The notes under the pieces were generated by a model. The model saw only the letters and a list, made by a program, of their open reading frames with translations, ran no database searches and was not told the origin of the DNA. The translations under genes were made by a program, and so were the position numbers. Source: Lingula anatina (taxonomy: Eukaryota > Animalia > Brachiopoda). From it: a DNA stretch of 64,000 nucleotides. Of this stretch, positions 1 to 12,400 are shown piece by piece; positions within the stretch are counted from its first letter, which is position 1, and the number at the start of each line of letters is the position of its first letter. The stretch is taken from assembly GCA_051362555.1 (NCBI GenBank), contig CM120642.1, positions 22,940,001 to 23,004,000 on the forward strand, in the 5' to 3' direction.

Positions 1-1240
1 TATCATTTTCAAGCATGAGTTTTGTTTGCTTAACTGTCTCTTCTCTCTTGTCTTGAGTTTGTCGGTAGAACCTTTGGCGTTGTGGAAGTGCATCACCTGT
101 TATGATTTTGTGCGGATGTACATTGACTGCTTTACCTAGCTCAGAGAGGTCTGTTGCAAAGACAGAGCGATATTCACCTATCAGGGCTAAAAGCTGTTGC
201 TTTTGGTAGTCATCTAAATCTGCATCTTCTAAGTTGATTCCCATGTTTTGTGCTGTTTTTATTTTCCCTTCCTCAAGGTGCACGTTTTGTTGAGTTTGGT
301 GGTTTTGACCCATTTCTGTTTCCATGAAGTCTGCTACATTAACCAATATTTTATCCAACCTTTCTATTTCTACCTTTTCATCGGTTTTGGCTTTCTTTCC
401 AGTACTTTTTAACAAACTTTGATTATCTGTGAGTTTTGATTTTGTGTTAGCTAGAGTCTTTTCTTCTAACTCTCTGTCTAGCTCTTCTGTTTCCTCAAAA
501 TTGAAAATATTATCATTTTCTATTGTGAACCCCTTTGCTAGTACAGTATTACCTGAAATTTTCATTGTCGTATTTGTTGGATTGTAAACTGAGCATTTGA
601 CTCTACCATTATCCATTGCGGAGATACATCTTGATATGAAATACTTGTTCCCTACAGGTTCCAGTAATACTGATGGACAACTCACATGCTTATGTCTGGA
701 CATTTTGAGGTTAACTGTTGTTATGGTTCTAGGAGGTATACTGACATCAGACATGGTTCTAGCCAGACCAAAGTGGTTTGGCTGGTGAGTGTGGACAGAA
801 GATTTCCCTTTGAAGATTAAAAGATTTGAGTCTAAGTCTAAAACAGCAGAGTTGGCACTTAAGAAATCAACACCTAGGATAATGTTTCTTGGTAGTGTTT
901 CAAAAATGTGAAACTTGTTTCGGAAACTTTGTCCATCTATTGACAGAGAAAGAGTGACTGAACCCAGAATCCTATATTTTTCTCCGCCCACACCAGCGAT
1001 AACCCTAAAGGTAGAAGGTTCATACACTTTAAGCTCTGGGAGGATTTTGGATAGAAAATGCTTAGAGACCACAGAAACAGATGCACCAGTATCTACAAGA
1101 GCCAATGTTTGGACTTTGTTAATAACCACCTGCACCAAATTATGATGCAATGGATTTGCTTTTAATAAGGCTGATATATCTAAAGTTTGGTTCGAAATAA
1201 ATTTTGAGTTCACTGATTGTTTACTACTGTGCGCGTACCC
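1..1240 (-). CDS. pol: Gypsy pol, partial (protease, spacer, RT N-terminus), in frame with gag after a single TAG
   Basis: Manual translation after the TAG at 1243-1241 gives GYAHSSKQ...ALVDTGASVSVVS...IILGVDFL...VSIPPRT...VYNPTNTT with no stop over the part read codon by codon (down to 541). The ORF track lists no terminating ORF in this frame. Confidence 0.85.
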
Positions 1241-2290
1241 CTATTGTACTTTGCTTTTACACACAACTTGTAAATGATTGAATTTGCCACATTTGTGACA
1301 TTGTTTACCTATTGCTGGACACTTATGTTTGCTAGTTGGTTCCCACTTACCACATTTGTCACATTGGTTCAGTTTGTGTTTTATTGGTGCTTTGTCTCTT
1401 TGTTGACGGCTGTATGGCGAGCAGGGCTGTTTTCTATACCGCTGTCGTCCACGATGCTGGTACTCATGTAGAGGTGCGGAATGGAACTGTTGAATATTTG
1501 GGTCCACAAACTGCTGGGCTGGATCCCTGAACTGTTGGGTTAGGTCCGTGAACCGCTGGGCTGGATATATGGACTTCTGGACTGGGTATATAAACTGTGG
1601 GGCTGGGTTTATGTACTGCTGAGTTGGGTACAGCTGAATTGATTGATGAGACCGCTGGACTGGGTGGGAGGGAATGGTTCCCACTGTTGTTTCTTTGCCC
1701 ACTGGGTTTTCATACGAGTTTGTGGCCAGCAGAGATGCTTCCACTAGTGCAGCTGCCTCTTCAAGTGCCTGTAGTGAGTTGGGCTGCTTCTGCATAACGA
1801 ATGTTCTGATTTCCGGTAGTAAGGTATTCACTACAGCAGATAAGGTTTCCATTTCTGTCATATTGGCTTGTGTGGCTAAAGTTCTTTTCCTGGTAATAAA
1901 GTCTAAGACTTTTTCATGTGGTTCTTGTTTTATTCTGAATACTGCTGAATGTTTGTCATAAGCAAAAGGGTGTGACGAGAATCTTGTCAGGAATGCTTTT
2001 TCTAAATCCTGATAATTGTTTTGAACGTCATGTAACAATTGTTCATACCATTCTTCTGCTATTCCTTGTAAAAACAGTGGGAAGTGGTTGAGTTTTGTTT
2101 GCTCATCCCATAACCTTGCTTTGCAGAATCTGTTGTACCGTGTTATCCACCTTGCTGGATCTTCTTTTCCTGTAAAATGTTGTATGCTCACTCCTTGTGG
2201 TATTGCTGGCACCCTCATGCTGTTTTGTTGGAGGTTGTGTCCTTGGGGATCAGCTTCTGGTTGAGGTCCTTCTTCAGCTGAGTGTTCCAT
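1241..2290 (-). CDS. gag: Gypsy gag (349 aa)
   Basis: Retrotransposon capsid-like motifs (FTGKEDPARW, LFLQGIAEEWY, IKQEPHEKVLDF) and a C-terminal double knuckle CDKCGK...H.CPA..KQCHKCGKFNH...C. Confidence 0.9.
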   Translation of the reverse strand: MEHSAEEGPQPEADPQGHNLQQNSMRVPAIPQGVSIQHFTGKEDPARWITRYNRFCKARLWDEQTKLNHFPLFLQGIAEEWYEQLLHDVQNNYQDLEKAFLTRFSSHPFAYDKHSAVFRIKQEPHEKVLDFITRKRTLATQANMTEMETLSAVVNTLLPEIRTFVMQKQPNSLQALEEAAALVEASLLATNSYENPVGKETTVGTIPSHPVQRSHQSIQLYPTQQYINPAPQFIYPVQKSIYPAQRFTDLTQQFRDPAQQFVDPNIQQFHSAPLHEYQHRGRQRYRKQPCSPYSRQQRDKAPIKHKLNQCDKCGKWEPTSKHKCPAIGKQCHKCGKFNHLQVVCKSKVQ

Positions 2291-2391
2291 TTTTGTTGGT
2301 ACTTGTAATTCTGAATGCTGGGGTATCTAGCTGTCGCTGTAGATTTTCATTCGCTTGGCATTTTAGTGAGAGGAACTTGGGGATCGCAGGT

Positions 2392-2401
2392 ATCTCCACC
2401 A
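2392..2401 (-). promoter_or_regulatory. Primer binding site complementary to a tRNA-Ala 3' end
   Basis: Minus strand TGGTGGAGAT is complementary to the tRNA-Ala 3' end ATCTCCACCA and sits between the LTR and gag. Confidence 0.65.
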
Positions 2402-2884
2402 CCTAACATAACGTCATGTTCTGCTTTCTAGAGATCAGCATGCAGTGTCCTCTCTCTGAGTACTGACTACTGACTTCTACCTTTATTTCTATCTTTATAT
2501 ACCTTCACATATATAATTACTATACATTGGCTTCCCAGCCAGGTGGGTTGCCAGAGTGGTCACTTTAATTCAATTACACATGCCATAGGGAAGACTTCCA
2601 GACTGAGCACTAAATGGCTTCTACTAGTGGACAATAGGTTGATAACTTAAACTGATTGATCAAGGTGAATAATATAGTTACAAGGCAGAGGACCATTCCT
2701 AAATACATTTGAGGTGGATGTATTTGTTAATCAAAGATATGGTTTCTTGTTTAATTGAGTTACCTAGTGTGACTCTAAACAGACTACTTTAAACTTGACC
2801 TGTAAACCGATTATATAAGCATACATCCTGAAAACATTTAACCTGCACATCTATATAATTCAGGACACATAATGTTATATAACA
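2402..2884 (-). repeat. Putative 5' LTR
   Basis: Begins TGTTATATAAC on the minus strand at 2884, contains AATAAA (2487-2482) and abuts the PBS. The partner LTR is outside the window, so the boundaries are unconfirmed. Confidence 0.5.
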
Positions 2885-3075
2885 ACCTTATAAACTTCTG
2901 GAAATTAGATTGATGATATTTATAGTTGCTATTTCAATGAAAAGTTGAGAAAACTGAAAATTCATTTAAGGCATTAAATTACAAGTATGACACTTGATCG
3001 ACAGATCAGTTAGTGCCCCGATCAACTTGGTAGGGAACAGAGCCAAAATCACAGAATACGTCACATTCTACTTAC

Positions 3076-6000
3076 CAGAAAAATTCTTTTTTCTCCTCAT
3101 CAGACTTTAGTGTTATATTTTTCAGGAACATTTTTATTTCCAAGAACTCGTTCCTGAAATGTGGAAGTAAAATGCCATTAAGACATTCCTAGTATTAATT
3201 AAAGAAACTAATAATAACATTCATTCAGCTAATATAAAATGGCAAATAAAATAATGTATTAAAAGATATTGGGAATTAAAACTTAGACTTAAACACTTTT
3301 AGAAACCTCTTACTACCTTTAAAGTTTTAAAAATCCTTTTCTTAAATCCTCTGTTAAATGTTTTATATTACTATAAACCAGCTGTAACATTAAGCTTGCC
3401 TCACCTGAACAACCTATCCTGTAGCAAAGAGCTCACATGTGGTCTTTGCCTTGGATCTTGGTGCAGAAACTCATCTTGAATTCTTAGTTCAAAAGTCTTT
3501 GTTAAATCACCTAAAATATTGTACATAAGAAAGTGTTTACTATATGTGTCTGATACCCATGAAAACAACATGACCATTTATTTGTTACTTTCACTGAGGT
3601 GATATTGAATGTAATGAAACAGGTGAGCAGTTTAATTTTTTTCACATTTTATGACTATCATTATCAAATACTGAACTAACTGCTGATATCATCAAACAGA
3701 CATGAATTAAGAAAATTGAAAATGATGACAAGGTCCAAGTTGCCCAAACACTGCTTTTCAGAAACAAAAAAACTTTGCCTTAAACCCTCGATTCCAAAAT
3801 GTGCAATTCAAAATTAAAACAAGGCAGCAAAGCTGTCAAATGTACAGACAAAAAACAGAAATTAAAGATGCAAAATAGGTCATTTTGTCAATTTTGATGC
3901 AATAATAAATAATGCTTATAATAGCACTGTCAGTCAACACTGAATTCTAATCATGCACAACAGGTACCATGGTCAATAACAGGAGCGAACCCAGAGATAT
4001 TTTCTGATAGTATTCCAAAGTATCTATGTTGATCCATCCCCCATTTTTATGGTCTTCCAACAGAAAAACAGAAAAAAAAATAGATACCAGTCAATATAAA
4101 CTTAATAACCTGACCGCCCAGAAGATGGTCTCAATCCACCCCTTCAATAAGATTACAGTTTCAGGACCATGAGAGTTCAAATTCACATGATGAAAGTCTC
4201 AATTTTTGAAAAATGATGACAGTGCATAAAATAATATTACATAATGTTTAAAGACATAAAAAACAATACAACTGCTTATGTGGAAATACAGACAAGACAG
4301 CACGGTTCTGAAATGTTTTTTTTCCCATTTTTAACAATTTTTTAACATAAAACAAAATTAACAGTTTACTGCCATTTTTATATGATCAACTAAGAAAATT
4401 GATGAGATGGGAAAAATATCAATAGAACAGTGTTAAATGTCCAATTTCCTCCATTCTGAGATTCTGAACATAGTGAATGATTAAATCTGACAAACTGCAA
4501 TGATATGAGTTTATTTCCATTTTTGACACATTTTTACACAATACATGATAACAAGTTTACCATCATTTTTACTAAATCAACTAACAATTGTTGTAAAGAT
4601 GCAGGAAATGTCAAACAAACGCTTTTACGTATCTTATTAGTTTAATAATGAGACTGTTAACATGCCTAAGAAATGAATCCGAGGAAATGTGAAAAAACAG
4701 AATACCTTCTAAAATATTGGCACGATTATGCTGGTTTACGAACTCAACATGCATTTTAGCAAAACTGACCACTCCTATGACTTTCATGACAATTGGCCCA
4801 TCTGTTTTTCTTATATTGTGTTTACAGTGTTGCATATATGCTGAAAAGTGTAAAAAACAGCATAACTACTAAAATAACAAGTTTACCATCATTTTTACAT
4901 AATCAACTAACAATGTTGTAAAGATGCAGGAAATGTCAAACAAACACTTTTACGAATCTTATTAGTTAAATAATGAGACTGTTAACATGCCTAAGAATTG
5001 AATCTGAGGAAATGTGAAAAAACAGCACAACTTATAAAATAATGGCCCGATTATGCTGATTTTCAAACTTGACCTGCGTTTTAGTAAGATTGATTACTCC
5101 TGTGAGTTTCATGACAACAGGTCTATCGGTTTTCCTTGAAATGTGTTAAAGGGATAATAACTCTTCGTATGAGATCTATATTTCACAATAAAAACATTGT
5201 GAATAACTCATAGAAATATTATATATTCTGTTTTACCACAAAACAGCAGTTATAGCTATTATTCTGATATCTGAGCTTGCCTTTAGACCACGTGACCTCC
5301 AATGACGGCTATACTCTGTTAAAATCTCTTAAGAGATTTTAACAAAAAACCAAACTTTTTAGAAAAAAACCAGGGACTAACTTTGAATGTAAAAATGAAT
5401 TCATTAACCATTGGTAAGTATGGGAAAATTGTTGTTTACTCCAGGAAAATTCATTTTTTGGCCGAAACGAAGAGTTATTATCCTTTTAACAGTGTTGCAC
5501 ATATGCTGAAAAGTGAAAAAAACAGCATAACTACTAAAATAGTGGCCCGATCATGCCGATTTTCGAACTTGACCTGCGTTTTAGTAAGTTTGATTACCCC
5601 TATGAGTTTCATGACAACAGGCCTACCGGTTTTTATTGAAATGTGTTAACGATGTTGCATATATGCTGAAAAGTGAAAAAATAGCATAACTTCTACAATA
5701 ATGGCCCGATCATGCTTATTTTCGAACTTAACCTGCATTTTATGGATACTCATCAGCTCTGTAAATATAAAGCCAAAAAGTAAAACTGTCTTCCACTTAC
5801 GGTGTTAACGCTGAAAGTGCACAGCGACGGTGACGGCAACATGATCGACTAATTACAAAATAAACTAATTATGTTGTAAAGATGCAGGAAATGTCAACCA
5901 AACACTTTTACTTGTCTTATTAGTTAAATAATGAGACTGTTAACATGCCTAAGAATTGAATCTGAGGAAATGTGAAACAGGACAGCACTGTTCTGACATG

Positions 6001-7361
6001 GGTTTATTTCCATTTTTAACAAATTTTTAACATATAACAAAATTAACAATTTACTGCCATTTATATATGATCAACTAAGAAAATTGATGAGATGGGAAAA
6101 ATATTAATAGAATAGTGTTAAATGTCCAATTTCTTCCATTCTGAGTTTCTAAACATACTGAATAATTGAATCTGACAAACTGCAATGATATGAGTTTATT
6201 TCCATTTTTGACACTTTATTACACAATACACCATAACAAGTTTACCATCATTTTTACGAAATCAACTAACAATGTTGTAAAGATGCAGAAAATGTCAAAC
6301 AAACACTTTTACATTTCTTATTAATTAAATAATGAAACTGTTACCATGCCTAAGAACTGAATCTAAGGAAATGTGAAAAAACAGCATAACTTCTAAAATA
6401 ATGGCCCAATTATGCTAATTTTCAAACTCAACCTGCATTTTAGTAAGATTGACCACTCCTGTGAGTTTAAATGACAATTGGCCTATCTGTTTTTCTTATA
6501 TTGTGTTAACAGTGTTGCATATATGCTAAAAAGTGAAAAAACAGCATAACTACTAAAATAGTGGCCCGATCGTGCCGATTTTCGAACTTGACCTGCGTTT
6601 TAGTAAGATTGATTGCTCCTGGGAGTTTCATGACAACAGGCCTATCGGTTTTCCTTGAAATGTGTTAACAGTGTTGTATATATGCTGAAAAGTGAAAAAA
6701 CAGCATAACTTCTACAATAATGGCTCGATCATGCTGATTTTCGAACTTGACCTGCGTTTTATGAATATTCATCAGCTCTATAAATATAAAGCCAAAAAGT
6801 AAAACGGTCTTCCACTTATCGTGTTAACGCTGAAAGTGCACGGCGACGGCATCGGCGACGGCATCGGCATCGGCGACGACGGCGACGACAGACGCAGGTG
6901 ATGGCAATATGTACAGACACATCTGTGTCTGTACATAACAACACCCAATTTGCCAGTAGAACCAAATAAAATATCCCAGATCAGTTTTTAAAGGTATGCA
7001 AATCCTGCAAAACTACCTTAAAATGACAAAACCCATCAAATTGAAATAAAAGAATTGCCAGGAAACCAAGGTGGTCAAAATGAATCATGATTTCATAAGA
7101 ACAAAGTAATCTAATCAGAAATAAAACAAAACATTAAATCCAAGTACAGTGCCAGATTGAATGTAGAATTAATTGTTTTCTTGAGAAATACAAGATTCTG
7201 TGCAGAAATCCTGTATAGGATATCTTTTAATGAAATACAAAAATATCATGTCTAACTTACAGAATACACTCGGCAACACTGAACAATTTTATTCACACAT
7301 TTTTAATTAAGTTTTGATTGTGTATATATATCTGAAGGTTCATTTACAAGATCACAAGATA

Positions 7362-7436
<75 letters not shown>

Positions 7437-9162
7437 TACACTTAATGAAAGTATTTAACTTTTCAAGTGCTTATTGTACATCACAATGCATTGTTGGCAA
7501 AACTTCAATTTATGTTTAACTATCTCTTTGTGCACTGTGTCAAAGGAGAGATGTCACTTGAAGTAAGAGCCCCCTACCTAAGTCCACCAAGTACTCTAAC
7601 AAGGCTTCAGCCAGTCTGCCAAAAGCATATGCATCTCTTGCATGAGCATACTGCAGCTCCCTCACCACTTGCCCATTCTGGAAGTTAAAGACTATAAGTA
7701 ATACCTCATAAAGGAAATTGGGGAACCATAGAGTTTGTATGGTACAAATGCATCTCAGTCAATTTGCAGGGCTCCTTGAAGATTTCATGTGGCTTGACAA
7801 ATTGCATATAACTTGTTTGGGTTTACAAGCTTATTTCACAAATACATAATATTGGTGGAACACAGTATCCTTTTACTAAAAAAACATTAATCATTTGCCT
7901 TAAATAAATTTGCCAAAATAATCTCTAAATATACAAAACAAAACAGAATGATTATAAGATTAAACAGACTATAAACCAAGTTTTCAAAGGCTAACTAAAT
8001 TAAATTCTTCAGATCACCTTCTCCTCTGGAGTAATAGCCTCTTCATTTCTAAAAGTTTTGCATGCCTGTAGCTGCTCTATTGTAGCCTCTGTGAGTTTGC
8101 AGACATAGTCCAGACCTCCCAGTTTCCAGCTCCCATCTTCACTCACAAAAATGGAAGCCAAACTCACATTATTGTGGGACACACCAACCTTTGTAAAAAA
8201 TAAGTCTTTTTAGATATTTTGCAACTGAAATGATTTTGTTTGTTTAGATTATATTATCTATCAAACAAAAATAATTCTGAATTTATCATTAATGTAATAT
8301 TCTGTATTGTTTTTATTATGCATTTAACATATCACAGTAAAATTTAATGGTAGATTTTTATTATGTGTACACACATTGCTTATATTTTATGGTCATAAAT
8401 CAAGAATTATAATATGAGAGCTGTACACAGTACAACCAAACATCTGCCACCATTAGAATTAAATTGTAGTATTTCCTACAAAGACTTACCCTTTCATGCA
8501 AAAAACTCAAAGCTTCAATAATATTGTAGATTCCTGCTGATATTTCTACTGAAGACAGTTTTCCTGTCTCAAGAGCCAGCAGCAGAGGACTGACTGGTTT
8601 TGTGACAATATGCAGACCCTTAGGACTGGTGAAGGAGGTGAAGAAGCGCAGCACACTAGGATGACGTATTGTCTTCAGTTGCTGAAAATAAATACACCGA
8701 ATCATCTTCGTGTGCTTATATGTAATCAGACACTGAATATGACATGCAATATGAATATAATTTTACACATGGATCTCACAACTCTCCCCCCCCCCCCTTC
8801 TCCCAATCCTGTTTCCCATGTTCCTGTCAAACACTCTGAACGTCCATCCTAGGTTAACGTTTATCTAGCTAGTGTATTTTGGTGCTGAGAATTACACAAG
8901 CTCTAAGATGTAAAAACCGTTTTAAAAATAATTCATCTGCTAAAAAAACACCAAATCTGCTGTTATAATAATTCACTCAAATTACCTTGACAGCATTTTC
9001 CACAAACCCCCTCTTCTCCGGCTCGGGTTTCTTGTGGAAGAACACCGTCACCTTGGAGCCATCTTTCCACTGTGCTGGACACACAGACCAACCACGCAAC
9101 GCTTCAAAATCTAGCGCCGGCTGGAGAGTACAGTCTTCTAAAGAGCTGGATTCGTTTCCCAT
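3076..9162 (-). CDS. SCYL3: SCY1-like pseudokinase 3 (PACE1), exons 1-6; gene continues beyond the window's left edge
   Basis: Exons 9162-8986, 8681-8490, 8188-8018, 7677-7578, 3510-3405, 3153-3076, all GT-AG and phase-consistent. Peptide MGNESS...LKTIRHPSVLRF...SFLHER...SHNNVSLASIFVSEDGSWKLGG...NEFLEIKMFLKNITLKSDEEKKEFF matches remembered human SCYL3 ([54 protein letters not shown]). Confidence 0.93.
4291..6940 (+). mobile_element. Two tandem Helentron/HINE-like non-autonomous elements with ~165-bp internal repeats
   Basis: Two similar starts (ACAAGACAGCAC 4292; ACAGGACAGCAC 5978), repeated units AAAACAGCATAACT...TTTTCGAACTTGACCTGCG, a (CGACGG)-type microsatellite at 6841-6890 and a terminal 14-bp-stem hairpin at 6908-6937. 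Confidence 0.6.
5150..5485. mobile_element. Kolobok-type MITE nested in the HINE-like repeat
   Basis: 19-bp TIR AGGGATAATAACTCTTCGT / ACGAAGAGTTATTATCCTT (1 mismatch); TTAA target duplication at 5146-5149 and 5486-5489. Confidence 0.8.
7367..7433. repeat. (AG)n microsatellite
   Basis: Pure AG run. Confidence 0.95.
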
Positions 9163-9494
9163 TACTTGATATTAGTTTTCTGTCATCTTACCACTTACAT
9201 TACGTTTCCAACAGATTCCTTTACATATAAAAACGCCTTGTTAACACTCCCTCAGCTCTTTTTACATTCAGTATGCAGAGCTGTTTTATAGTTTGAGCAT
9301 AGCTTCGATGCAATGCATGAATACTTGTTCGAAATTAAAATGAAATATCAAGATATAGAAAACATTGCGATGCTTTAATGTATATTTCTCGATCTCAAAT
9401 GTATTATAGATGTCTCTAAAGTATATCTAAATTTCAATTTTAATCCGTCAATAAAACGATCAACTAAACATAGTGTGCCGCGCGAGCGAACAGT
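9163..9494. promoter_or_regulatory. Likely bidirectional promoter shared by SCYL3 and UCK
   Basis: The two divergent start codons are separated by only 332 bp. Confidence 0.6.
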
Positions 9495-12400
9495 ATGGCT
9501 GCCCTGAGTGCGGGCGACGCACTTGTCATGACTAGGTTTCTCCGATTCAATGGTTACACGGACATCCCAAGGCCTTTTTTGATCGGAGTCGCAGGTGGAA
9601 CTGCTTCAGGAAAAGTATGGTTTATATCCAGCTTTATTAAACCTTGCACTAACGAAAAGTTAGAGAAAGAAGATCCCTAATTTTTTCACTCATTCATTCA
9701 TTTTCGTTGACTTACTTGTACATACTTGTATAGGGTTCTCACATGCTAGAGATTTGAAATTTGGCATTTAGATAACCAAACATCTGAGTATGGATGCTAT
9801 TATAATTTTGAGCTGTCTCAGTCAGATCAAAATGTATTGATGTTTTACTGACTTTATATTTTGTTAGATTTCTCATTTTAATATACAAACATATAACTGA
9901 GGTATGTCACTTGATTTAGAACCCTTAAATATTGCCACAGACGCTTTGAATGCAAGAGACAATAATATAGGAGCTGAGCATGAAGATACTGCTTAACATT
10001 TGGTTCTGGGATCTTTTGAAGCACAGTACAGTACACCTGACATGGGTAGATTGAAGAAATATTTGGTGGCAAATCCTTGTAGTATAAAACAATACAATGT
10101 GATACTATACTGTACTTTGCTTTGCAAACACAAAAGAACTTGACTAAACATTGGCTTAACAGGAGAACAAGAGAGGGTGACAAAAAAAAATCCCTTCCCC
10201 CTCGAAAAAAAAAAAAAATTAAGAATGTTTCATTTTAGCCATTCCTGGCTAGATCTTCACACCATCTACCTTGCAACAAGTAGAGATAATAGCTGATAAT
10301 AGCTGATCTTAATTGTGCATCAGTGCAGGTCAGTTTCCCATGCATTAGTTGAGAAGCGGCATGGCGTAGCATGCAGTGAAAAAACTTGTAGAAATCTGAT
10401 ACTCATGGGACACTGTTTGTAAATATAGGCCCAGAGGTCTGTAGTGGTTATTTATTGCTAGAGTATTAATCATTGGCACCATTGCCCATCTTCGTCATTA
10501 TCTCTGTATTTAAATTTTTTTTTTAGTAAGTTGAGTAATCCTCTCTGTTATCCATTACTGTATATGTTAAATGAAAAAAAAAATTATAGATTTAACTTTG
10601 ACTCTTTTTCTCTATTATATTTTCAGACCTCAGTATGTCAAAAAATAGTTGAAAAGCTTGGCCAGGCTAATGTTGAACGGAATCAAAGGCAGGTGATCAC
10701 AATAAGTCAGGAATGTTTCTACAGAAACCTCACACAGGCAGAGAAAGACCTGGCAGTCCAAGGAAAATTCAATTTTGATCACCCAGGTATCATTAGTTGT
10801 GCATTTTAATATCAGATTTTAAAGGAAAGGATGTAATATTTCTTGGCCTTAGTGTAGAGAGTTCTGAGGAGTGGAGAAAAGCCTGGAGAAAAAAAAAAGA
10901 TCAGTTTTAATTTTTTAATCACTTGGATACAAGACTTGGGGCTGTAAACAGTGTTTAGTTTTGCTGTTTATTTAAAGGGACCAGAATGTACAGAAGATTA
11001 ATTTTGCTTGCTTTTATTACCTTGTGTTTTGTATAATGTAATGTAAAACAGAACAGAACACAATCTTGATTGGTAAGGAGGGAGAAAAGGCTATAAATAT
11101 CTTAATAATATCATATCACTCATGCTCATATCATTCCTTTCTTAGCAAGTATTATATTTTACACCTTTTTCAAAACATATGTTGATTGATAAAAACACTT
11201 CAAATTAATTTTCATTCTTTGGTATATAAATAATGCCTATTTATTACTTAAATTTTATTCTAAATTTAAAGTATTCATTTTATGCTTTCAGAGGCATTTG
11301 ACTTTGATTTAATGCTGAAAACACTACAGGACATCAAGGAGAGAAAGCCAGTCAAACTGCCAGCTTATGATTATGCCACTAATGCCAGGTACAGAGTTAA
11401 TATTTGAATTCATTTTCATGCAACATACTGTTAGACATACTGTTTTCATTGGGTACATTTTGTTTAGTTTTTTAGTTTAATATAATGTCAAATAGAATCA
11501 ACCTGGGGTATCGCTAACACTTGCCAATTTAGCCAAATGCTAAAACTGACTTAAATTGACTAAAGAAAAAGGGCTTGATTTGACATGTTTTAGCCAAATT
11601 ATAATTATTTTGATAACTAATTGACAAAAATGTGGTGATTTGGCTAAGTGAAAAAAATTGCTAGCTCTACCCCAGTCAACGTTTGTTAGAATAAATTCAA
11701 TTTAAAAACGCAGCACAAATAACAGCATCACTACCAAATAACAATATTATTAAGCATATTTTGTATATGTGTAGTACACATCTCATATATTTGAGAGTGA
11801 CATTAATTACCACTGCAAAAGAAGCAGACACTATATTTGATTCCCACAATTTTTGTGACAACAGTACAAGATCATGTTATCCAGCCTAGCGCTAGTAATT
11901 TCCACTATCTCCTCCTAGACCATTAGAGTGAGAAAGTTTGGGAATTGATAAACCTGTCATCAGGGACTTGCATGGGCACTTCAAAATTTTAGTACAAGTG
12001 GAAGTTGGGCTGTTCCTGGTTGGGGGTGGAGTTGATTCGTAATTCTGTTCACATTGTAATTTGTACTATTTCCTCCTAGATCAATAAAGTGAGGAAGTTT
12101 AAACTTTGGGTATTGATAGTCTTGTCAAGAGGGATGTGCATAAGTACTTCAGAATTTTAATATAAGAGGGTTGGGCTGATCCTGGGGGTGGATGGCTCTA
12201 ATTTTCTGCATTGTAAAGTAGACCTAAACCATTACAGCGAGGGAATTCAAACTTTTGGAATTGATAAACCTGTCATCATAGATGTGGATGTGCCAGTCCA
12301 AACTTAGATGTGTATGGGGGTGGATAATTCTTGTTTTTTTATGAGGCAATTTAACATGGATATTTTTATGCTGTTATCTTATGAACTTCAAGATTATTTG

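Larger units (their letters stand above)
1..2884 (-). mobile_element. Ty3/Gypsy LTR retrotransposon (5' part: LTR, PBS, gag, protease, start of RT), running off the window edge, inside SCYL3 intron 6
   Basis: Gag ORF with zinc knuckles, followed in frame by aspartic protease motifs (ALVDTGAS, IILGVDFL) and an RT N-terminal signature (LGK..H.I.TGDA.PQRQRFYR). PBS and a TG-starting LTR lie upstream. Confidence 0.92.
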
